Virus record (IMG/VR): IMGVR_UViG_3300020159_002019
Span: 32,001 to 96,000 of that record
Reading direction: 5' to 3' (one strand)
Length of the DNA: 64,000 bases
From: a virus
Below, piece after piece: positions 50,353-57,452 of this stretch. A model generated the notes under the pieces. The model was not told the origin of the DNA and did no database searches. It saw only the letters and a list, made by a program, of their open reading frames with translations. Every line of letters starts with the position of its first letter. Within the stretch, counting starts at the first letter, position 1. The translations under genes and the position numbers were made by a program.

Positions 50353-50463
50353 GGGGGGTAATTTTTTAGTGGATTGAAAATACCACTTAGAATAACTCTA
50401 AACTATATTGGTAAAAGTTTGACTAATAATCAAATATAGAAGGTTCGAACCCTTCACCCCCCG
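50353..50463 (+). ncRNA. tRNA-like RNA with expanded anticodon loop (YrlA-like, or intron-containing tRNA-Leu(TAG))
   Basis: GGGGGGT/ACCCCCC acceptor, GAAGG-TTCGAAC-CCTTC T arm, variable hairpin, TACCA-[CTTAGAATAACTCTAAACTATAT]-TGGTA. Confidence 0.6.
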
Positions 50464-50493
50464 CAATTATTAACAATATAAAACATAAAGTAT

Positions 50494-52332
50494 ATGACAG
50501 AATTAGTAAAAGAAAAAATGAAGTTATCTAACACATTAGATACATTACAATTTTTAAGAACCGCTAAAGGTGCTTCAGATGAAAAAATTCATTTGGCTTT
50601 AGATAAAGCCTATGCTGAAACAACATCTAATGGAGTTGAGGAAATGTTATATAGAATTATGTTTCATATTGGAGATATTTCAAGAAAGCATAATATCTTT
50701 AAAGAATTTGAAATCAACTCAGAAGTGGGTGGGGCTCAAGAAAGAAAGATATTTAGATCTTGTGTAAGATGGATGCAAAAGAACACCCCAGAGTTCTTGC
50801 ATAACAACTTAAAGTTAGTAGTTGAATATACTTCATACGAAACTTTAATGTATTACCAAGTAAGCACAAACAGATATTTGGGTAATGTTATGGGTGTTGA
50901 AAAACTATTCATTGACAACCAATATTTGTTCCCTTTCTTAAAGTCTGAGATTGAATCAGGTGTAAACTTGAACTTAATCGCAAGACACTTACCTAAATAT
51001 GCTACAGGTAAGCAAAGAACAACTAAAAAGACTTTAGTTGGTAAAAGGGGAAGAACTGAATTCAGTTGGACATTACCGAAAGGTAAGACTTGGGTTAAAA
51101 TCAATGGAAACCTTGTAAATGGTGATAAAATCACGGTTAAGCATGGTGATGTTGCTGAATACCCAAGAGAAAAGAAATCTGAGTCTTTAACAAGACAAAG
51201 TTTCTTAAACAAGTGGATTAAGGATTTCTGTGATTATATGAAATGGACAATCGCTGATTACAAAGCATTTAAGGGTAAGCAGAATACTGCTGAACAAAAA
51301 ATGTCAAGTGGTTCAGTAATGTCTATGACAGAAGATCAATTTAATGGTTTCTTGGATTCTTTGACTGCGGGACAAAGAAAAAGGGTTGTAAAATCATTGG
51401 GTAATCCTAAATGGGGACAGCTAACTAAATGGTATAAGGCTTGGGAAGATGACCAATCTAACTTAGCTGAAAAAATTAGAAAAGCTACCACACCTGCTGA
51501 AAAAGCCGCTTTGATGAAAGATTTCAAAGTTAAAACAACAGGGGATCAAACAATTGATTTGTTGGCTGAAATGCTTGGTAAGGGTTTAAATGCTCAACAA
51601 GTAAATAACAACTATCAATCAATGATTGAGAGAATGAACATTAAACATTCAGTATTTCCAATTATTGACGGTTCGGGTTCTATGGATAGTACTTTTGACC
51701 ATAACGGTGTAGGAATATCTAACAGACAAGTAGCATACGCAATGGCAATTGCATTTACTACAATGAATCCAAACCCAAGATTTAGAAATACTTATGGTTG
51801 GTTCTCAAACGACTTTAAGGTTTTTGGTAGGTCTGAGTATGGTGATACCTATATATCTATGTTTAAGAATGTGGATAAGTATGTAAGTCATACAAAGACT
51901 TTTACTGAGAATTACAGATTACTTATGGAGACAGATCCAAAAGAAATTACATCTACAAATATGTTTGCTTCGGTAGAATATTTTGTAAATCTTGTGAAAA
52001 CAGGAAGATGTACTATGGAAGAATTACCTGAAACATTACTTTATCTTACAGATAATGAGTATAATTCAGGTAAATCACCAAAAGAAGCGGTTACTTTAGC
52101 CAATTCAATTGGATGGAGACCAAAGTTAATTTTTTGGGGTATTACCACAATGACTCATTCTATTAAGGAAGAGTTAAAATATACTCCGAATGGTTTATTC
52201 ATCGGTGGTTTCAACGAAAGTTGTTTATCACAAATCTTGGATGGAATCTCAAAAGATTCAATAAATCCAGAAGATGAATTGTGGGCTATTTATAACGATA
52301 TTCGTTATAGTGTAATTAAAGTAGGTGAATAA
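50494..52332 (+). CDS. Ro60/TROVE-like (DUF2828-type) protein with C-terminal vWA domain
   Basis: Helical N-terminal region with GAQERKIFR; MIDAS motif IIDGSGSM; STNM, LTDNEY, LIFWG. Confidence 0.7.
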   Translation: MTELVKEKMKLSNTLDTLQFLRTAKGASDEKIHLALDKAYAETTSNGVEEMLYRIMFHIGDISRKHNIFKEFEINSEVGGAQERKIFRSCVRWMQKNTPEFLHNNLKLVVEYTSYETLMYYQVSTNRYLGNVMGVEKLFIDNQYLFPFLKSEIESGVNLNLIARHLPKYATGKQRTTKKTLVGKRGRTEFSWTLPKGKTWVKINGNLVNGDKITVKHGDVAEYPREKKSESLTRQSFLNKWIKDFCDYMKWTIADYKAFKGKQNTAEQKMSSGSVMSMTEDQFNGFLDSLTAGQRKRVVKSLGNPKWGQLTKWYKAWEDDQSNLAEKIRKATTPAEKAALMKDFKVKTTGDQTIDLLAEMLGKGLNAQQVNNNYQSMIERMNIKHSVFPIIDGSGSMDSTFDHNGVGISNRQVAYAMAIAFTTMNPNPRFRNTYGWFSNDFKVFGRSEYGDTYISMFKNVDKYVSHTKTFTENYRLLMETDPKEITSTNMFASVEYFVNLVKTGRCTMEELPETLLYLTDNEYNSGKSPKEAVTLANSIGWRPKLIFWGITTMTHSIKEELKYTPNGLFIGGFNESCLSQILDGISKDSINPEDELWAIYNDIRYSVIKVGE

Positions 52333-52342
52333 CCTACTTTTT

Positions 52343-52561
52343 TTATGCCTTTATTTTAACCACAACCTCACCTTCATTATTAGTGGTTAGATAATATTCT
52401 TTTTTGTTTGTAAATCCATATTTTTTAGATATGTTTGATTCTATCCTTTTTTTGGTTGATGGTGTGTTAGCAAATGTAATATGTGGTTGAACATATTCAT
52501 CTTTGAATTGTTCCATTTTATTTACCGTTTCTTTAATAATTCTCTTAATTAAATTTTTCAT
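52343..52561 (-). CDS. small virion-type protein
   Basis: MKNLIKRIIKE N-terminal motif; TATTTAT upstream on the minus strand. Confidence 0.55.
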   Translation of the reverse strand: MKNLIKRIIKETVNKMEQFKDEYVQPHITFANTPSTKKRIESNISKKYGFTNKKEYYLTTNNEGEVVVKIKA

Positions 52562-52628
52562 ATAAATAAATATTTGGTTTTATGAAAACTATTATTTATA
52601 TTTGTATTGTAATTAAAAAATAAAATAT

Positions 52629-53294
52629 ATGTATAATAACAAAACAGATTTTAACAAATTCGCAACATCGCATATGGGTATATCGTCTTTATACCTCGAT
52701 GATCTTCAATCGTCAATGACACCTCACATCTTAGAAGAAAGACCGACAAGAGCAAATCTTATGTCAGTATTTGATAGATTGATGCAAGATAGGATTATTT
52801 GGGTTGCCGGTGCGGTTGATGAGGGTATGTCACAAGTTATTCAAGCGCAATTGATTTACTTGTCAAACTCAGACCCTAAGAAAGAAATTACGATGCACAT
52901 TGACACTCCTGGTGGTTCAGTAAAGGCTGGATTATCAATCGTGGATGTAATGGATTATGTTAAACCTGACATTAGAACAATCAATACAGGTATGGCGGCA
53001 TCAATGGGTTCAGTATTGTTAGGCGCTGGAACCAAAGGAAAAAGAATGTCTTTAAGATTTTCACAAACAATGCTACACCAATCTTCAGGTGGTGTGAGAG
53101 GAAATATTCAGGATGCTAGGATAACAATGATTGAATGGGAAAAAATAAATGATTTGTTATTTAATTTGTTAGGTGGGTATTGTGGTAAGGATGCTATCCA
53201 AGTAAAAGAAGATGCTTCTCGTGATTTATGGTTAAGTTCTGAAGAAGCGTTGGCTTATGGGATAATTGACGAAATAATCAAACCAAAAAAATAA
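52629..53294 (+). CDS. clpP: ATP-dependent Clp protease proteolytic subunit
   Basis: DRIIW, TPGGSV, GMAASMG (Ser), MLHQ (His), RDLWL (Asp), YGIID. Confidence 0.95.
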   Translation: MYNNKTDFNKFATSHMGISSLYLDDLQSSMTPHILEERPTRANLMSVFDRLMQDRIIWVAGAVDEGMSQVIQAQLIYLSNSDPKKEITMHIDTPGGSVKAGLSIVDVMDYVKPDIRTINTGMAASMGSVLLGAGTKGKRMSLRFSQTMLHQSSGGVRGNIQDARITMIEWEKINDLLFNLLGGYCGKDAIQVKEDASRDLWLSSEEALAYGIIDEIIKPKK

Positions 53295-53305
53295 TTAAAA
53301 AAAAG

Positions 53306-53336
53306 TTTGACAATTAGAAAAAAAATATTATCTTTG
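53306..53336 (+). promoter_or_regulatory. Bacteroidetes sigmaA-type promoter of tRNA array 3
   Basis: TTTG-N19-TATCTTTG. Confidence 0.75.
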
Positions 53337-53411
53337 TATTATAAATGGGATGTGAAAAATATTTTTCACATTTCCATAACAAAAACAAAAAAACAAACTA
53401 TTTAATATAAA

Positions 53412-53546
53412 ATGAAAACATTAATTAACATATCATTATCGTCATTGTATCTATTACAGTCGCTATGCCAAAGTTGTGTTTCGGTATTACCGTTACATCA
53501 GTATTGGTTAGTGCTAGGATTTAGTGCGGTGGGTATGTTAAGTTGA
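53412..53546 (+). CDS. leader peptide of attenuator 3 (MKTLINISLSSLYLLQSLCQSCVSVLPLHQYWLVLGFSAVGMLS)
   Basis: 44-aa ORF; 24 of codons 8-33 encode S/L/Y/Q/C/P/H/W. Confidence 0.8.
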   Translation: MKTLINISLSSLYLLQSLCQSCVSVLPLHQYWLVLGFSAVGMLS

Positions 53547-53568
53547 TAAGACAATAATATACCTTATT

Positions 53569-53610
53569 AAACCCCCTAAATCCGTATAAATGAGATTTAG
53601 GGGGTTTTTT
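53569..53610 (+). terminator. attenuator terminator 3
   Basis: AAACCCCCTAAATC/GATTTAGGGGGTTT stem plus U tract; 5' arm also pairs with GGATTTAG at 53517-53524. Confidence 0.8.
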
Positions 53611-53644
53611 ATTTTAGTTATTTGACATATTGTATTAGAAATAT

Positions 53645-53717
53645 CAGGGTGTATATCAATTGGGAGATTACTCCATTTGGATTGGAGAGGTTGTAGGTTC
53701 GAGTCCTATCACCCTGA
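53645..53717 (+). tRNA. tRNA-Pro(TGG)
   Basis: CTCCA-TTTGGAT-TGGAG arm. Confidence 0.85.
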
Positions 53718-53724
53718 CAAATAT

Positions 53725-53795
53725 TCCCCTTTCGTCTAACGGCAGGACAGATGGTTTTGAGCTATCGAATCGAGGTTCGAATCCTTGAGGGGGAA
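53725..53795 (+). tRNA. tRNA-Gln(TTG)
   Basis: GATGG-TTTTGAG-CTATC arm; U1:A72. Confidence 0.85.
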
Positions 53796-53847
53796 CCGGT
53801 TTGGGTTTTACACTTTTAAACTTACGAGATAAGGAAAAAGTGAAATT

Positions 53848-53918
53848 GGGATGATGCCGAGAGTGGTCAGACGGTCTGTAAAACCGAACTGCATAGTGTT
53901 TGAGTCACTTCCATCCCA
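53848..53918 (+). tRNA. tRNA-Tyr(GTA), atypical (short variable region)
   Basis: CGGT-CTGTAAA-ACCG arm; divergent D and T arms. Confidence 0.65.
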
Positions 53919-53928
53919 CAAAATAAAC

Positions 53929-54002
53929 GTAAGTGTAGTGAACAATGGCTAACACGTTCGGTTCCAACCCGAAAGATGTGGGTTCGACCCCTACCACTTG
54001 CG
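53929..54002 (+). tRNA. tRNA-Trp(CCA)
   Basis: TTCGG-TTCCAAC-CCGAA arm; G73. Confidence 0.85.
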
Positions 54003-54009
54003 CAAATAA

Positions 54010-54104
54010 GGAGAGGTGCTAGAGATGGATTATTGGGCTAGTCTTGAAAACTAGAGATCGTCAGTGATGGGGATCCGTGGGTTCGAATCCCACTCTCTCC
54101 TCCA
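54010..54104 (+). tRNA. tRNA-Ser(TGA)
   Basis: CTAGT-CTTGAAA-ACTAG arm, long variable arm, encoded CCA. Confidence 0.88.
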
Positions 54105-54109
54105 AATAT

Positions 54110-54188
54110 GGGTTTGTTGGTGTTAATTGGATGAGCATTTACGATTGTGGCTCGTAAGGTGAGGGGTTCGAATCCCCCATAAACCCCA
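54110..54188 (+). tRNA. tRNA-His(GTG)
   Basis: TACGA-TTGTGGC-TCGTA arm; G-1:C73. Confidence 0.85.
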
Positions 54189-54268
54189 AAAGTAAGGAAT
54201 TAGGTTATTATACGTAGGCTCCGAGTGTAATAACTGAAATTTAGATCCTTATGAACTTCGGTCCGCAG

Positions 54269-54356
54269 GGAGAATTGACAGAGTGGTAATGTATCGGTTT
54301 GCTAATCCGTAGTCTATGTAAAAGTAGCGGGGGCTCGAATCCCTCATTCTCCGCCA
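54269..54356 (+). tRNA. tRNA-Ser(GCT)
   Basis: TTGCTAA loop, long variable arm, encoded CCA. Confidence 0.82.
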
Positions 54357-54365
54357 AAAATAAAT

Positions 54366-54454
54366 GCTTCTGTGGCGAAATTGGTAGCACGCGATGGACT
54401 TAAAATCCATTGGGAAATAACAGTACCGTGTCGGTTCGATTCCGACCAGAAGTA
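54366..54454 (+). tRNA. tRNA-Leu(TAA)
   Basis: ATGGA-CTTAAAA-TCCAT arm, long variable arm. Confidence 0.88.
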
Positions 54455-54461
54455 CAAACAT

Positions 54462-54547
54462 ACCCCAATGTTGGAATGTAGACAACCTAGTTTTAGAAAC
54501 TAGTGTGAAGTAATAGTAGCGTCTGGGTTCAAATCCCAGTTGGGGTA
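54462..54547 (+). tRNA. tRNA-Leu(TAG)
   Basis: CTAGT-TTTAGAA-ACTAG arm. Confidence 0.82.
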
Positions 54548-54553
54548 CAAAAT

Positions 54554-54641
54554 GGGAATGTGGTGTGAGTGGTTGAAACCGGGGGTCTGCAAAACCCCAA
54601 AAACGAAAGTTTTCACGTCAGTTCGAATCTGATCATTCCCT
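54554..54641 (+). tRNA. tRNA-Cys(GCA) with long variable arm
   Basis: GGGGT-CTGCAAA-ACCCC arm; U73; extra AAAAC-GAAA-GTTTT hairpin. Confidence 0.82.
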
Positions 54642-54650
54642 CAATTACAT

Positions 54651-54723
54651 GACCCCATAGTTCAATGGATTAGAATACTTGAATACGGATCAGGAGATGA
54701 GAGTTCAAATCTTTCTGGGGTTA
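54651..54723 (+). tRNA. tRNA-Arg(ACG)
   Basis: CTTGA-ATACGGA-TCAGG arm. Confidence 0.8.
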
Positions 54724-54726
54724 CAA

Positions 54727-54755
54727 AAAGAAAACCATTTTTATATGGTTTTTTT
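54727..54755 (+). terminator. terminator ending tRNA array 3
   Basis: AAAACCAT/ATGGTTTT stem plus T tract. Confidence 0.65.
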
Positions 54756-54779
54756 TATGCCATTACATATTTATTACAT

Positions 54780-57452
54780 ATGATTATTATTGAAGGAAAA
54801 TTAGAAGATTTATCTAAGAAATATATACCGAAGTTTAATAGGGATTCATTTACTGAAGGTTTAACCCCTGAATCTGTTATTGAGCATTTATATGTTTCAG
54901 ATCCATCACCAACAAAGAAATACTTTGAGTGGATGATTAAAGAATGTTTGGGATTGATAGAACGTAATTATGTTATTAACAATGAAAAAATAGCTAAACT
55001 TGTAACGGATATCCAAGAATTTGATAGAAATATTGATAAACTTAGTCAGGATTTTTTAGATTATAATAAAGAAGAAATTGGTGAAATTGCGTATAAGTTT
55101 TTAAATGGTAAGGCTTTAAAAGATATTGGTACATATAATTACGATATTTTAAGAAAAATAATACCTTCATTGGTAGAATATAAGACAGAAAGTCAAAGAA
55201 GAAGATTGGCTAAAGAAGGTGCTAAAATTATATTTCAAGATGAAAAATATGATGTTTATGAAATAGATACTTATGACGCTTCTTGTTTTTATGGTCAAGG
55301 TTCTAAATGGTGTACAACTTATAAACAAAGTGATTCACATTTTAAATCATATGGTACTGGTAGGAATAAATTATTATATGTTATTAGTAAAACTAAGACA
55401 AAAGAAACTGATCCTCAATTTTATAAGATTGCTATAAATATAAGGTATGTTGATGAACAAATAACATTTTGGGATGCTCCTGATAATAGTTTTAATGGTT
55501 GGAAATATTTTAGGGAACAAGATCCAAATATTTTAACTTTTTTGATTTCTTATATTAAAGAAAAGAATCCTGAAGGATATCTTAAAATGATACCTGAAAA
55601 CTATTTAATAACGATTAAACAAGAAGAAGAAGGTTTAAGTGATTTAAATATTATTTCGGTTTTAGATGTTGATAAATCTAGTGATTGGTTAAGTCATAAA
55701 TATGGGTTAAATGGTGTGGATACTATTATTAAAAAATTGGATATATTACAAGGTAATGTCAGTAATTTTTTAGGTGATTATTTTACCAGTGATGAAAAAG
55801 AGTATTTAATCATAAAAAGAAGTGAGAAATTAGAACCAAGAGGTTTGTCGTGGAAAGATTTAGTTAAAAGTTATCACCAATTAGCAATTACTCTAGATAG
55901 CTATCAACCAAGTTGGTTTATTGATAATTTTTTAGGTGGGGATAAAAACAAAGCGTTAGAAATTGGGACAAAAGAACCGATAGTACTATATTGGTTGGCT
56001 AGAGGTAGTGTTAATATAAAGGATTTGGGTGATTTATATGGAGCTGAAAAACTTGTTAAATATATTACTAAAAGTAAAGTTAAAGTTATTTTTGGGTTAA
56101 GTGATATATTGGGTGGTTTATTTACAAATGAAACTCCAAAGAAAAGAAAGGAGTTATATGAAATTGCTTATAAGTATGATGGCAAAAAAAGGAATATTGA
56201 ATTAGTCGATTATTTGTCTAGACGTATGGGTAAAGAGGGATTCATTGCGTCATTTAATAAAGGTGATGGATATGGAATTGAACCTGATTCATATGGAAGA
56301 GCATTTTTATATGTTAAAAATAATAACCCTGATTTAATAAGTAATGTATTTAACATTGAGGATATTAGTAAAATCTTCAAGTCAAACGAAAAAGCGTTTA
56401 CTTATTTATTAAAAAATTATGATGAATTTACACGTAATTTAGATATTAGTGATTTAACTGAAATGTTTAGTGGTGATGTTCCTGATAGTATATATGGTAA
56501 ATATATGAGTGATTGGGAAAAGAGGAATGTTGCGTCAATATATAGAATGAAAAATGGTTCTGAAAAACTATTTGATTTTGTTCTTAAAAAGTTTTCTTTT
56601 AAAAAGTTAGCCGATATCATCGGATATGATGGAGTATTTCAATTATTTTCTATTGTTAAGTTTAAAAAAGGTATAAACTATATGATTGAAAATAAGGTTG
56701 GCGATATCGCTATTGATGATATAAAAATAAAAGATGGTAAGGTGGTATTGGTTGTTAATGATAGAACGGATTATGCGTTTTTATTTGATGATGAAGATTT
56801 GGCTAAAACTATATTGGGTGAAGATATGGATTGGGAACCGTATAACGATACTATTTATAATTGGTATGATCAAGTATGGGATTGTATGGTACCAAAATCA
56901 ATTGAACTGGTTAAGTCTTGGATTAAAAGTAATATAACAGATTATGAGAATGATGAAGGTGAAAAAATTGATTTAGGTGATACATATTTAAATGAAATAG
57001 ATGATGATGATTTGGGTAAAATAATAGATGAGTACGATGAATTTAGGGATTTAAAAAATGAGATGAGTTGGGCTTATGATAATGGTTATAATTCTGTTGC
57101 TCAAAGTGATATTATTAGTAAAACACAAGATCAATTAGAAGAATATTTAGGTAGTTATATAGGGTATGAACCAGTTAAAAAGAATGGTCGTAGATATAAT
57201 AAAGAAACAGGTAATTCTGAATCATACGAATATACAGCATATGAATACTTATATAATGTGGGTGATGGTTTATATGATATATTATATGATTATGCAACTA
57301 CTAATTGGGGTCATTCGGTTGATTACAACACATATTTTAGCACTTTATTAAAGGATTCTGACCCTAAAAAGTTATATATTGATACTGAGGCTTATCCAGA
57401 CGATAAAGAAATTTGTGAGTATTTTAATGATGATTTACCGGAAAGAATATGA
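54780..57452 (+). CDS. large hypothetical protein, YGxxxKWCT family
   Basis: DPSPTKKYFEWM and FYGQGSKWCTT motifs; acidic C-terminal region. Confidence 0.65.
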   Translation: MIIIEGKLEDLSKKYIPKFNRDSFTEGLTPESVIEHLYVSDPSPTKKYFEWMIKECLGLIERNYVINNEKIAKLVTDIQEFDRNIDKLSQDFLDYNKEEIGEIAYKFLNGKALKDIGTYNYDILRKIIPSLVEYKTESQRRRLAKEGAKIIFQDEKYDVYEIDTYDASCFYGQGSKWCTTYKQSDSHFKSYGTGRNKLLYVISKTKTKETDPQFYKIAINIRYVDEQITFWDAPDNSFNGWKYFREQDPNILTFLISYIKEKNPEGYLKMIPENYLITIKQEEEGLSDLNIISVLDVDKSSDWLSHKYGLNGVDTIIKKLDILQGNVSNFLGDYFTSDEKEYLIIKRSEKLEPRGLSWKDLVKSYHQLAITLDSYQPSWFIDNFLGGDKNKALEIGTKEPIVLYWLARGSVNIKDLGDLYGAEKLVKYITKSKVKVIFGLSDILGGLFTNETPKKRKELYEIAYKYDGKKRNIELVDYLSRRMGKEGFIASFNKGDGYGIEPDSYGRAFLYVKNNNPDLISNVFNIEDISKIFKSNEKAFTYLLKNYDEFTRNLDISDLTEMFSGDVPDSIYGKYMSDWEKRNVASIYRMKNGSEKLFDFVLKKFSFKKLADIIGYDGVFQLFSIVKFKKGINYMIENKVGDIAIDDIKIKDGKVVLVVNDRTDYAFLFDDEDLAKTILGEDMDWEPYNDTIYNWYDQVWDCMVPKSIELVKSWIKSNITDYENDEGEKIDLGDTYLNEIDDDDLGKIIDEYDEFRDLKNEMSWAYDNGYNSVAQSDIISKTQDQLEEYLGSYIGYEPVKKNGRRYNKETGNSESYEYTAYEYLYNVGDGLYDILYDYATTNWGHSVDYNTYFSTLLKDSDPKKLYIDTEAYPDDKEICEYFNDDLPERI

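Noticed and set aside
45770-53610. T-box riboswitches as the explanation for the terminators before the tRNA arrays
   Set aside because: No T-box consensus (AGGGTGGNACCGCG) or Stem I; the antiterminator strands lie inside translated ORFs.
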